Shown one piece after another: positions 17,973 to 26,923 of a DNA stretch of 48,589 nt. Origin of the DNA: Candidatus Yanofskybacteria bacterium CG10_big_fil_rev_8_21_14_0_10_46_23 (GTDB lineage Bacteria > Patescibacteriota > Minisyncoccia > 2-02-FULL-40-12 > IGHO2-12-FULL-4); contig PCXO01000012.1 of NCBI GenBank assembly GCA_002771135.1, positions 21,694 through 70,282 of the forward strand, written 5' to 3'. The position numbers and the translations under genes were made by a program. The notes under the pieces were generated by a model. It searched no databases. It had not been told where the DNA came from and was given only the letters and a program-made list of their open reading frames with translations. Each line of letters starts with the position of its first letter. The stretch's first letter is position 1.

Positions 17973-19040
17973 GTGGCTTCACGTCAACCCAATCGACTGA
18001 GTCTTGATATCCCGACTGCGACTATTTTTAAAGTCATCATTGTCGGCGTTTTGTTTTACGTTGCTTATGTTCTGATTGATGTTTTTATCATCCTCCTCTT
18101 TTCTGTAATTGTTGTCGCGGCGATTAGTCCTTTTGTCGACTGGGTCAATAGCAAAGGGGTTCCCCGTCTTGTCGCGATCACCGCCCTCTATTTGGTTTTC
18201 TTTGGATTGTTAGGATTGTTTTTGTCGCTGGTTATTCCGATCATCACGGTGGAGGTCAACCAATTGATTCAAGACCTGCCGAACTTTATCAGTAGCTTGG
18301 CCAGTTCATTGGAACAGGCCCAATCTACCTCGAGCACTCGGTACTTCGATTTTTTCAATGACATTCTTAATGTCTTAGACACCTTCTCCAACTATCTGGC
18401 GACAACCTCCCAGTCAATTGTCGGTTTTGTGGTCGGTCTCTTCGGGGGCGTTATTTCTTTTGCGGCGATAGTGGTTATTTCTTTCTATCTCTCCTATATG
18501 AAAAATGGGGTTGATAACTTCATTCGCGCGGTCATTCCCGATAAGTATGAGCCGGCGTTTTTACGAGTTTGGCGACGGTCTGAGAAGAAACTGGGTCGTT
18601 GGGTTCAGGGCCAACTCCTCTTGGCGTTGATTGTGGGCTTGGCGGTTTATGTCGGACTTTCGCTCTTGGGGATTCCTTTCGCTCTGGTCTTGGCAATTTT
18701 GGCCATGGTTTTGGAGTTAGTCCCAAATGTCGGGCCGGTTTTGGCCGCCGTGCCGGCGGTTATTCTCGGTTTCGCCCAGAGTTCCGGCTTGGGTTTTTCC
18801 GTTATCGTCCTTTATCTTATAATTCAACAAATTGAGAATCATGTTTTGGTTCCCGTCGTTTTGGGGCGAACTCTTGGCCTAAATCCGGTTATTGTGATAG
18901 TCTCGCTTTTGATTGGCGCCAAGTTGGCCGGTTTGATCGGGGTAATTATCGCCGTGCCGGTGGTGGCTATCATTATTGAGATTTTTGACGAATTTTCTCG
19001 TCAGCAAAACTATAAAAATTCACGGAACTTATCCGGTTAG
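17973..19040 (+). CDS. AI-2E family transporter
   Basis: Multi-TM; ELVPNVGP and QQIENHVLVP..LG..LGLNP motifs. Confidence 0.92.
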   Translation: MASRQPNRLSLDIPTATIFKVIIVGVLFYVAYVLIDVFIILLFSVIVVAAISPFVDWVNSKGVPRLVAITALYLVFFGLLGLFLSLVIPIITVEVNQLIQDLPNFISSLASSLEQAQSTSSTRYFDFFNDILNVLDTFSNYLATTSQSIVGFVVGLFGGVISFAAIVVISFYLSYMKNGVDNFIRAVIPDKYEPAFLRVWRRSEKKLGRWVQGQLLLALIVGLAVYVGLSLLGIPFALVLAILAMVLELVPNVGPVLAAVPAVILGFAQSSGLGFSVIVLYLIIQQIENHVLVPVVLGRTLGLNPVIVIVSLLIGAKLAGLIGVIIAVPVVAIIIEIFDEFSRQQNYKNSRNLSG

Positions 19041-19046
19041 CGGTTT

Positions 19047-19712
19047 ATGTTTGGAAATTTTTTTATTGTTGCCACCCCAATTGGCAATTTAGATGATATT
19101 ACAGTTCGAGCCGTCGAGACCCTGAAGGGGGTTGATTTAATTTTGGCCGAAGATACGCGCGTGACGCGAAAATTACTGGACCACTATAAAATTGAGTCCC
19201 CCCTAGAAAGCTTTCATGAACATAGTGATGAGATTAAATATCAGAAAATCTTTAACCTTTTAAGACAAAATAAGAATTTGGCTTTGGTCTCCGACGCTGG
19301 AACCCCGGCGATCAATGATCCGGGGGCTTTCTTGGTTCAGCGAGTAACGATTGAACTGCCGGAAGTCAGTATCATCCCAATCCCGGGCGCTTCTGCCCTT
19401 ACGGCTTTTCTGAGCATTGCCGGTTTGAAGTCGGACCAGTTTTTATTTCTTGGTTTTCCGCCCCACAAAAAGGGCCGGCGAACTTTTTTTGAGAAAATTC
19501 GGAACGCTGAGTATCCGGTGATTTTCTTCGAATCAACTCATCGGATCGTTAAAGCCCTGGAAGCTTTAAAAGAATCAGATAAGGAAATTGTGATTGGGCG
19601 CGAGCTAACCAAAAAATTTGAGACTATTTATCGAGGCTCGGCTCAGGAGATTTTAGAAAAGTTGCCTCCCGATCAAACTCGGGGCGAATTTGTTGTTGGG
19701 GTTTATAAATAA
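19047..19712 (+). CDS. rsmI: 16S rRNA C1402 2'-O-methyltransferase
   Basis: VATPIGNL.DIT, AEDTR, SDAGTP.I.DPG and RELTKKFE motifs. Confidence 0.96.
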   Translation: MFGNFFIVATPIGNLDDITVRAVETLKGVDLILAEDTRVTRKLLDHYKIESPLESFHEHSDEIKYQKIFNLLRQNKNLALVSDAGTPAINDPGAFLVQRVTIELPEVSIIPIPGASALTAFLSIAGLKSDQFLFLGFPPHKKGRRTFFEKIRNAEYPVIFFESTHRIVKALEALKESDKEIVIGRELTKKFETIYRGSAQEILEKLPPDQTRGEFVVGVYK

Positions 19713-19784
19713 CTTGACGAATTTTTTAATCTGGCTATCATAGAATACGCATTAAATTGCTATTTTTATCTTGGAGGCAGAAAA

Positions 19785-20291
19785 GTGATCGTTAAAATTT
19801 GGCTTAATGAAAATTTGAACCCGATTATTTTGGGAGAAGAGTTAACTGAAAATTTTCGGGGGTTATTAAAAGAACTCGGGCTATCAGATAGCCAAATCAA
19901 CTCTCTGGAGATAGAAATTTGTCTCTCAGAAATAGCTGATTTTGCCGGCTATTATGCTGGCTCCAAGGGCGATATCTACTGGATAGAGATAAACAAAAAG
20001 CTAGTTTTAGCCAACTCGGATCTTTCTAAAAGATACGGGGGGAGCCATGCTTTTAACGCAACCCTTATCCATGAGATGGCTCATCTTGTTTGTGATGTCT
20101 TAGAGCCGGGCCCGAAGGACCGCCACGGATTTTCAAGGAGGCCTATTTCGGGAAGACAAAAGGAGGAGAAGTTTTGCGAGGAAATCGCAGAAAAATATGC
20201 TTCTAGGCTCATTCTTCTCGACTCGTTTAGAGTCGAGCACATTATGAAATTCCATTTAGAGTGGCCGAAGACTCAGCTAGCTCTTTTTTAA
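19785..20291 (+). CDS. Putative zincin metallopeptidase (SprT/ImmA-like)
   Basis: TLIHEMAH motif with downstream EE; own promoter, GGAGG SD and terminator. Confidence 0.65.
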   Translation: MIVKIWLNENLNPIILGEELTENFRGLLKELGLSDSQINSLEIEICLSEIADFAGYYAGSKGDIYWIEINKKLVLANSDLSKRYGGSHAFNATLIHEMAHLVCDVLEPGPKDRHGFSRRPISGRQKEEKFCEEIAEKYASRLILLDSFRVEHIMKFHLEWPKTQLALF

Positions 20292-20348
20292 TAAGCCCTC
20301 TTCGGGCTTTTTTTATAAGGTCTGCCTTGCTATATTAAAGTTACAACT

Positions 20349-21818
20349 ATGAGTAAAGAGCGGTTTTATATTACGACAACACTGCCCTATGTAAATGCCG
20401 AACCGCATATTGGTTTTGCTTTGGAAATTGTTCAGGCTGATGTCTTGGCCCGATTTGCCCGATCTCAAGGCAAAGAAGTTTTTTTCAATACGGGCACGGA
20501 CGAACACGGTTTGAAGATTTATCGCAAAGCTCAAGAAGCCGGGCAAGAATCTCAAGCTTATGTTGATGAATACGCAGTGAAATTTGATGAGCTGAAGACA
20601 ACACTCAATGTTAGTTACGATCACTTTATCCGGACTACCGCCCCCCAACATATAAAGGCTGCTCAAGAAATCTGGCGCCGGGTTGCGACCAAGGGGGATA
20701 TCTATAAAAAGAATTACAAAATAAAATATTGTGTTGGCTGTGAGTTGGAAAAAACCGACTCCGATCTGGAAAATGGCTGTTGCCCGATTCACCCCAATCA
20801 GCCGATTGAGATTATCGAAGAGGAGAATTATTTTTTTCGATTCTCAAAATATCAGAGCAAGCTTCTGGAGTTATATGAGAAACAGCCTGATTTTATCTTG
20901 CCGACCAAGCGACTAAATGAAATCAAGAAATTTGTCGCGGGGGGACTGGCTGATTTCAGCATCTCTCGCCTAAGGGCCAAGATGCCTTGGGGGGTACCGG
21001 TTCCGGATGATGCGGAGCATGTCATGTACGTCTGGTTTGATGCCTTGGTCAGCTATATCTCTACTCTCGACTGGCCGGAGAATGAGGATAGATTTAAACA
21101 ATTTTGGCCCGGCCTCCAGATTGCGGGCAAGGACAATCTCCGTCAGCAGGCGGCTATTTGGCAAGCCATGCTCCTGTCCGCCGACCTGCCTTCCTCAAAG
21201 CAGATTTTGATCCACGGTTTCATCACGAGCGAGGGCCAGAAGATGTCAAAGAGTCTTGGCAATGTTGTTTCTCCCAAGGCACTAGTTGATCAGTTTGGAG
21301 TTGATCCGGTTCGATATTTCTTATTGCGCGAGATTCCTTCCGATGAGGACGGGGACTTTTCTTTGACTCGATTGAAAGAGCGCTATACCAGTGATTTGGC
21401 TCATGGCTTGGGCAACTTAGTCCAGCGGGTTAGCACTCTAATCACGGACGACCTTGGGGGCCAATTTATCTTGAGTTCTCCCGGAACGGCGGTTGAAGAA
21501 AAAATTGCGTCAGTCTCGCGAACCGTCGAGGTAGCAATTAAAAATTTTCGGCTTCATGAGGCTTTAGCTCAAATTTGGACCTTGATTGATTCGGCCAATA
21601 GTTTGATTAGCGATCGTAAGCCCTGGGAGTTTAAAGAAGAATCGGAGAAGTTTGCCCGAGCCTTAAACGATATTGTCGCGCTGATTAAAGCCACCAATGA
21701 TCTTTTAGCCCCGTTTATTCCCGAGACGACAGAAAAAATAGAGAAAGTTTTCAATTTTAATCAGGGCGCGGAGATCAAAGTTTCGAAGGGAAAGGCGATC
21801 TTCCCGGCTTTGGAATAA
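20349..21818 (+). CDS. metG: Methionine-tRNA ligase
   Basis: PYVNAEPHIG, GTDEHG, YVWFDAL and KMSKS motifs. Confidence 0.97.
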   Translation: MSKERFYITTTLPYVNAEPHIGFALEIVQADVLARFARSQGKEVFFNTGTDEHGLKIYRKAQEAGQESQAYVDEYAVKFDELKTTLNVSYDHFIRTTAPQHIKAAQEIWRRVATKGDIYKKNYKIKYCVGCELEKTDSDLENGCCPIHPNQPIEIIEEENYFFRFSKYQSKLLELYEKQPDFILPTKRLNEIKKFVAGGLADFSISRLRAKMPWGVPVPDDAEHVMYVWFDALVSYISTLDWPENEDRFKQFWPGLQIAGKDNLRQQAAIWQAMLLSADLPSSKQILIHGFITSEGQKMSKSLGNVVSPKALVDQFGVDPVRYFLLREIPSDEDGDFSLTRLKERYTSDLAHGLGNLVQRVSTLITDDLGGQFILSSPGTAVEEKIASVSRTVEVAIKNFRLHEALAQIWTLIDSANSLISDRKPWEFKEESEKFARALNDIVALIKATNDLLAPFIPETTEKIEKVFNFNQGAEIKVSKGKAIFPALE

Positions 21819-21819
21819 A

Positions 21820-22599
21820 ATGATTAACTTGAAACTAATAGATTCCCACTGTCATCCGCAGTTCCCACAGTATGATGAAGATCGAGCCGAGGTTCTGAAT
21901 CGAGCCCTTGAAGCGGGCGTTGGTTTAGTTTGTGTCGGGACTGATTTTGAGACTTCTCGCCAAGCGATTGAACTGGCCGAGGAACGAGAAAATGTTTGGG
22001 CCTCGGTCGGCTTACACCCAACCGATATTGATTCTGATTTTGACTTTGCCAGCTTTGCCGATTTATTCGAATCAAATAAAGTTGTGGCGATTGGAGAAAT
22101 CGGCCTAGATTACTACCGTATCAAAGAAGCTGAGGCTCAGGACCAACAGCGCCTAATTCTGAGGCAATGGCTAAGGGAAGTTGAACATCGCGACTATCCG
22201 CTGATCCTCCATTGTCGAGATGATAAACAAGTTAAGGCCTATGAGGATCTGCTCGAAATCTTAGATCAGTACGGTGACTGTCGAGGGGTGATCCACTCTT
22301 TCACGGGCTCGGCCGACTTAGCCCGAGAGTTTATCGACCGCGGTTTCCATATCGGCTTAAATGGAATCGTAACCTTCTCCGAAGAATATATGGAATTGAT
22401 TGAGGCAATTCCGCTCGAGCGCCTACTCTTGGAAACGGACGCACCCTTTTTAAGCCCGGCCCCCTATCGGGGTCAGCGGAACGAGCCTTTCAGAATTACG
22501 AATATAGCGGAATATATTGCTAAAATAAGGGGGGAGGGATTAGATGAAATTCAAAGAGTAACCAAAGAGAATACGCTGAATCTCTTTAATCTAAAATAG
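21820..22599 (+). CDS. tatD: TatD-family hydrolase
   Basis: IDSHCH, GEIGLDY and LETDAP motifs. Confidence 0.95.
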   Translation: MINLKLIDSHCHPQFPQYDEDRAEVLNRALEAGVGLVCVGTDFETSRQAIELAEERENVWASVGLHPTDIDSDFDFASFADLFESNKVVAIGEIGLDYYRIKEAEAQDQQRLILRQWLREVEHRDYPLILHCRDDKQVKAYEDLLEILDQYGDCRGVIHSFTGSADLAREFIDRGFHIGLNGIVTFSEEYMELIEAIPLERLLLETDAPFLSPAPYRGQRNEPFRITNIAEYIAKIRGEGLDEIQRVTKENTLNLFNLK

Positions 22600-22600
22600 G

Positions 22601-22708
22601 ATGAAAAAATATAATCCAAACAAGGTGGAAAAAAAGTGGCCCACCTCCGTCGAACCTTCGGCGGGCGAGCATTATCATTTTGTCAGCTATCTTGGATTAT
22701 CACGATGA
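22601..22708 (+). pseudogene. 35-codon ORF whose first 13 aa duplicate the LeuS N-terminus
   Basis: MKKYNPNKVEKKW versus LeuS MKKYDPSKTEKKW; its TGA overlaps the leuS ATG. Confidence 0.7.
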
Positions 22709-25131
22709 AAAAATACGACCCCAGTAAAACTGAAAAAAAGTGGCAGGAGGCTTGGAAGAAAGCGGGGATTTATAATACGCCGGATCAAATTGAGGCTAAA
22801 AAGAATCAGTATATTCTAACCGAGTTTCCCTATCCCTCGGGCAATCTCCATATTGGTCATTGGTATGCTTTTAGTATCCCGGATATTTATGTTCGGTGGC
22901 TGAGGATGCAAGGTCGTTATAACGTTTTATACCCGATTGGCTTTGATGCTTTTGGTCTGCCGGCGGAAAATGCGGCGATCAAGTATGGCAAGTCACCCAA
23001 GGCCTGGACCCGCTCTAATGTCGAATACATGACCAAGCAACTCGAGACGATGGGGGCGACTTTTGATTGGTCGCGAGTTATCGATACAACCGATCCAAAA
23101 TATTACCATTGGACGCAGTGGCTTTTTCTCCAACTTTTTAAACAAGGCTTGGTCTATCGGGCCAAGGCTTTGGCTAATTGGTGTCCGTCTTGTAAAACCA
23201 TTCTGGCGAACGAGCAGGTAATCCAAGGGCATTGTGACCGCTGTAATACGGAAGTAGTCCAAAAGGAGGTCGAGCAGTGGATGTTTAAGATCACGGATTT
23301 TGCCGATGATTTAATTGATGAGCTGGAATATTTGGATTGGCCGAAGCCAACCAAAACGGCTCAAGAGAATTGGATTGGTCGAAGCCGAGGGGCTAAAATA
23401 AAATTTAAGGTAAAAGACACTGATAAAGAAATTGAAGTTTTTACTACTCGACCCGAGACTATTTTCGGGGCAACTTATTTAGTCGTCGCGCCGGAGCATC
23501 GCTTACTGAAGCAACTGGAGTCTAAAATAGAAAACAAAGCTGAAGTCCAAGAGTATATTGATAAAACTTTAGCCAAAACAGAACGAGATCGAATCAGCGA
23601 GGCGGGCGTGGAGAAGACTGGAGTGAGATTAGAGGGGCTAAAGGTCGTCAATCCCTTAAGTAACAAGGAAATTCCGGTCTGGATTGCTGATTATGTTTTG
23701 GGGAGCTACGGTACGGGAGCCATCATGGCCGTTCCCGGCCATGATGAACGAGATTTTGAATTCGCCACTAAATTTAAATTGGAAATAAAATCGGTTATTA
23801 AATCGCCGACCGGCGAATTACCCTACTTGGGCGGGGGTGAGTTGGAAAACTCGGGACCGTATAATGATCTGAGCGCGGGCGAAGCAATCTCGGAGATAAT
23901 TAAAATTTTAGAGAAGAATAATCAAGGTCGAGCTACTACGATCTATCGACTACGCGACTGGTCGATTTCCCGGCAACGCTATTGGGGCGTGCCGATCCCG
24001 ATGGTTAGGTGTGAAGCGTGCGCTCGCCTTGATCCGTCGGGCCAAGGTTATCAACCAATTGACGAAGAGAATTTACCCGTGGAGTTGCCCGATCTAGAAG
24101 ACTTTAAGCCGTCAGACGACGGTCAGCCACCGTTGGCTCGAGCGGGGGATTGGCTAAAGGTTAAATGTCCAAAATGCGGGGGAACAGCGGAGCGAGAAAC
24201 GGATACCATGGACACTTTCGTTGATTCGTCTTGGTATTTTTTGCGCTACCTTGACCCCCAAAATGATCAACGTTTTGCTGAGGAAAACCGGATCAAAAAC
24301 TGGTTGCCGGTTGATCTTTATATCGGCGGAGCTGAGCACAACACGATGCACCTTCTTTATTCGCGCTTTATTACGAAGGCTCTTCAGACCGCCGGACTAT
24401 TAAGTTTCAGCGAGCCTTTTACACGGCGGCTCAATCACGGGATTATTTTAGGCCCTGACAATCAGAAGATGTCTAAATCGCGGGGCAACGTTATTGATCC
24501 GGACGAAGTTGTGATTGAGCATGGAGCGGATGCGGTGCGAATGTTTCTAGCCTTTATGGGTCCCTACGCGCAAGGCGGACCTTGGAGCAAAACCGGTATC
24601 AATGGTATCAGCCGATTTATCAAGCGGGTTTGGACCTTAGCCCACACTCTTTCTTCTCAAACTAACCCGGTTTCACTCCAAACTTTGCACCAGACGATTC
24701 GAGCGGTTGGCGAGGATATCGGCGAGTTGGCTTTTAACACGGTTGTCAGTGAGTTAATGAAAGCCTTGAATGTTTTTGAAGAACAGGGCGTGGCTCAGTC
24801 CGAGTTTGAAAAATATCTAAAACTCCTTGCCCCTTTGGCACCCCACTTGACGGAGGAAATTTGGCAGACGGTTCTGGGGCATAAAAATTCAATTCATTTG
24901 GAAAACTGGCCCGACTATGATCCGGATATTGCCAAAGTTAATTCGATCCGGCTAATTCTTCAAGTAAACGGTCGCGTTCGAGACTCCATTCCGGTCGCTC
25001 CGGGGGTCTCCCAGATCGAGGCGGAAAGAATTGCTCAAGAATCGGAGAAGCTCTCGCCCTACCTAAAAGACAAAAAAATTATCAGAGTCATCTTTGTCCC
25101 CGACAAGTTAATTAACTTGGTGGTGGGGTAA
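22705..25131 (+). CDS. leuS: Leucine-tRNA ligase
   Basis: FPYPSG.LHIGH, FDAFGLPAENAA, SRQRYWG and KMSKS motifs; start at ATG 22705. Confidence 0.97.
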   Translation: MKKYDPSKTEKKWQEAWKKAGIYNTPDQIEAKKNQYILTEFPYPSGNLHIGHWYAFSIPDIYVRWLRMQGRYNVLYPIGFDAFGLPAENAAIKYGKSPKAWTRSNVEYMTKQLETMGATFDWSRVIDTTDPKYYHWTQWLFLQLFKQGLVYRAKALANWCPSCKTILANEQVIQGHCDRCNTEVVQKEVEQWMFKITDFADDLIDELEYLDWPKPTKTAQENWIGRSRGAKIKFKVKDTDKEIEVFTTRPETIFGATYLVVAPEHRLLKQLESKIENKAEVQEYIDKTLAKTERDRISEAGVEKTGVRLEGLKVVNPLSNKEIPVWIADYVLGSYGTGAIMAVPGHDERDFEFATKFKLEIKSVIKSPTGELPYLGGGELENSGPYNDLSAGEAISEIIKILEKNNQGRATTIYRLRDWSISRQRYWGVPIPMVRCEACARLDPSGQGYQPIDEENLPVELPDLEDFKPSDDGQPPLARAGDWLKVKCPKCGGTAERETDTMDTFVDSSWYFLRYLDPQNDQRFAEENRIKNWLPVDLYIGGAEHNTMHLLYSRFITKALQTAGLLSFSEPFTRRLNHGIILGPDNQKMSKSRGNVIDPDEVVIEHGADAVRMFLAFMGPYAQGGPWSKTGINGISRFIKRVWTLAHTLSSQTNPVSLQTLHQTIRAVGEDIGELAFNTVVSELMKALNVFEEQGVAQSEFEKYLKLLAPLAPHLTEEIWQTVLGHKNSIHLENWPDYDPDIAKVNSIRLILQVNGRVRDSIPVAPGVSQIEAERIAQESEKLSPYLKDKKIIRVIFVPDKLINLVVG

Positions 25132-25256
25132 GACTGCCCCAAAAACCGCATCTCGCCTTTTAACGGACCGAATTTTTTATAGTCTAAGAGGACGTTTTTG
25201 TTTTATAAATAAAACAAAAAGGCACCAACATTGGCGCCCGAAGGTTCAAAATTTAT

Positions 25257-25547
25257 CTATTCGTAGAAGCCGGCCTGATCGGCTCTTTCTTCGAGCCACT
25301 GCTTATGATCATCAGACCGCCTCTTCTCCAGGATTAGGTGATCAAAGACTTCTCGGTGGAACACAAGTTGCCCGATTTTGCGGAGGGCCTTCTCTTTCAG
25401 GCCCCATTGGAATATCAAGGCATCGTGGTTGCCATCTACCCTGCTCTTTAGGATGAGACGGCCAAGTATAACCAAGATTTCATCCGAGCCGGGTTCTCGG
25501 ATGTTTTCCTCTAGATTTTTCCAGATACTCTCTTTGGTTTCCGTCAT
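25257..25547 (-). CDS. Hypothetical protein
   Basis: AAGGAAGGAG SD; own TTTACA..TAAATT promoter. Confidence 0.65.
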   Translation of the reverse strand: MTETKESIWKNLEENIREPGSDEILVILGRLILKSRVDGNHDALIFQWGLKEKALRKIGQLVFHREVFDHLILEKRRSDDHKQWLEERADQAGFYE

Positions 25548-25616
25548 GTTAATGAGCTCCTTCCTTTAAAAATTTAAGCCATTTTTATTTATTTGTAAAC
25601 ATAATTTATAGAGTTC

Positions 25617-25651
25617 AAAACCACCCCGCCCCGCTATTTAGCGGGGCGGGG
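25617..25651 (-). terminator. Intrinsic terminator
   Basis: 12-bp stem CCCCGCCCCGCT/AGCGGGGCGGGG followed by TGGTTTT on the minus strand. Confidence 0.7.
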
Positions 25652-25700
25652 GGTAGATAAGAGTAAGGGGAGGTACAATATGTTACGGGGTGGAGTTTTA

Positions 25701-25757
25701 TCAGGTGTCCTCCGGCCCGGCCCGGATCAAGGGAATGTCGAACAAATAAGTTATCAT
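25701..25757 (-). CDS. Candidate 18-aa peptide MITYLFDIPLIRAGPEDT (putative arrest peptide)
   Basis: Manual translation; GTG-ATG starts 7-10 nt after an ECF-like -10; contains IRAGP. Confidence 0.45.
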   Translation of the reverse strand: MITYLFDIPLIRAGPEDT

Positions 25758-25764
25758 CACCCTC

Positions 25765-25824
25765 TAAGACGCAGATTCTTTGGCTGGGGTTTCGAGAAAC
25801 CTTTTCGGGGGTCTTTCCGTCTTA
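25765..25824. promoter_or_regulatory. Two divergent ECF-sigma-type promoters (GAAAC-N17-CGTCTTA on each strand)
   Basis: Plus strand: GAAAC 25796-25800 and CGTC 25818-25821. Minus strand: GAAAC 25793-25789 and CGTC 25771-25768. Directly upstream of an ECF sigma gene. Confidence 0.8.
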
Positions 25825-25891
25825 ATAAGCAATCGAGGTGTTTACCATTTTTATTTTTAGATGTTAAAATAGAAAGTAAATACACCGACTT

Positions 25892-26443
25892 ATGAACAAA
25901 GAAGCTATCCAATCTTTTCAATCGATTGTTGAACAATACGAGCGGAGGATTATAAATTTTCACTATCGTTTTGTCGGCAATCGTCAAGACGCGGAGGATT
26001 TGGCCCAAGAAACTTTCATAAAGGCTTATAAAAAGCTGGATACTTTAAAGGACAAGGCGAAATTAAGAAGCTGGCTTTTCCAGATTGCGCGTAACATTTC
26101 CATCGATCACTTTCGAAAACACAAAGACCGTGAGGTTGCCTTGGAAAATGAAGCGCTTCAGCATTTCGCCCAACTTGCTTTTGTTGATTATAAGACCCAA
26201 GAGACCCAAAATGCTCTGAAAGAGGAACTTGACGCTTGTCTAAAGCGTCTTAGTGACCAAGATCGCCGTATCATCAAGTTACTTTACTACGAGGGCTTTT
26301 CTTATAAGGAGATCAGCCAGACTCTGGGGATTAACCAGAATACCCTGAAGAGTCGGCTTCATCGAGTTCGCCAAGCCCTTTTAGCCGTGATAAGAAAAAA
26401 CGAATATATAAATGAGACTATTGCCCCAAATTATAGAGCCTAA
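25892..26443 (+). CDS. ECF RNA polymerase sigma-70 factor
   Basis: DAEDLAQETFIKAY, SWLFQIARN and SYKEISQTLGI..NTLKSRLHR motifs. Confidence 0.94.
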   Translation: MNKEAIQSFQSIVEQYERRIINFHYRFVGNRQDAEDLAQETFIKAYKKLDTLKDKAKLRSWLFQIARNISIDHFRKHKDREVALENEALQHFAQLAFVDYKTQETQNALKEELDACLKRLSDQDRRIIKLLYYEGFSYKEISQTLGINQNTLKSRLHRVRQALLAVIRKNEYINETIAPNYRA

Positions 26444-26858
26444 CCTCAACCCGGAAGCCAAGATTGATGCCTATATCCAATCTCGGATTCAAGAAATTGG
26501 TTGTTCTCACGGCGAGATTGAACCCTCGCTCCGTTTCGTTGAGAAAACGATGAGACGGGTTCAGCGGGTTCAACGCCAGCAGGATCTTCTGCGTGATTTT
26601 TATTTCGTCCTCTTGGCCTTGTTACCTTTTATCTTGTATCAAATTTGGATGAGCCTTCGCCGTGACTATTTCTCAGTTTCGGAGATGCCTTTTGGTCAGA
26701 TTATCTCTCAAATTTATGGCTATGCCTTGGCTCCGGTGGCAACCTTTGTAGTGTTTTCTCTCAGCCTGTTTTTAGTCATGGCTTATCTGATTAGAACCAA
26801 AGCTATCTTTGAGTCGGCTTTTATTCGACGCTTTCGTCGACATCCCGAAACTCTCTAA
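26412..26858 (+). CDS. Putative membrane anti-sigma factor
   Basis: Overlaps the sigma 3' end; PS..FVEKTM.RV motif followed by two TM segments. Confidence 0.6.
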   Translation: MRLLPQIIEPNLNPEAKIDAYIQSRIQEIGCSHGEIEPSLRFVEKTMRRVQRVQRQQDLLRDFYFVLLALLPFILYQIWMSLRRDYFSVSEMPFGQIISQIYGYALAPVATFVVFSLSLFLVMAYLIRTKAIFESAFIRRFRRHPETL

Positions 26859-26923
26859 CCCGGCAGTGCCCTTGACCAGACCCCGTTTAACTAAAAACGG
26901 TTTTTTTGTATGATAAGGCCCAG

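Noticed and set aside
22636-22704. N-terminal extension of LeuS in the ORF track
   Set aside because: LeuRS homology starts at MKKYDP (22705); the extension crosses the duplicated fragment in another frame
25765-25824. Riboswitch or RNA hairpin reading of the TAAGACG...CGTCTTA inverted repeat
   Set aside because: Symmetry is concentrated at the -35 and -10 boxes with exact 17-nt spacers, which is better explained by two divergent promoters
25680-25895. 71-aa plus-strand ORF with a GGAGGT SD, overlapping the sigma ATG
   Set aside because: It runs through both ECF promoters and an AT-rich sigma-70 promoter and has no protein-like features. The SD is equally explained as the complement of the minus-strand C-rich tract. 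Not fully excluded
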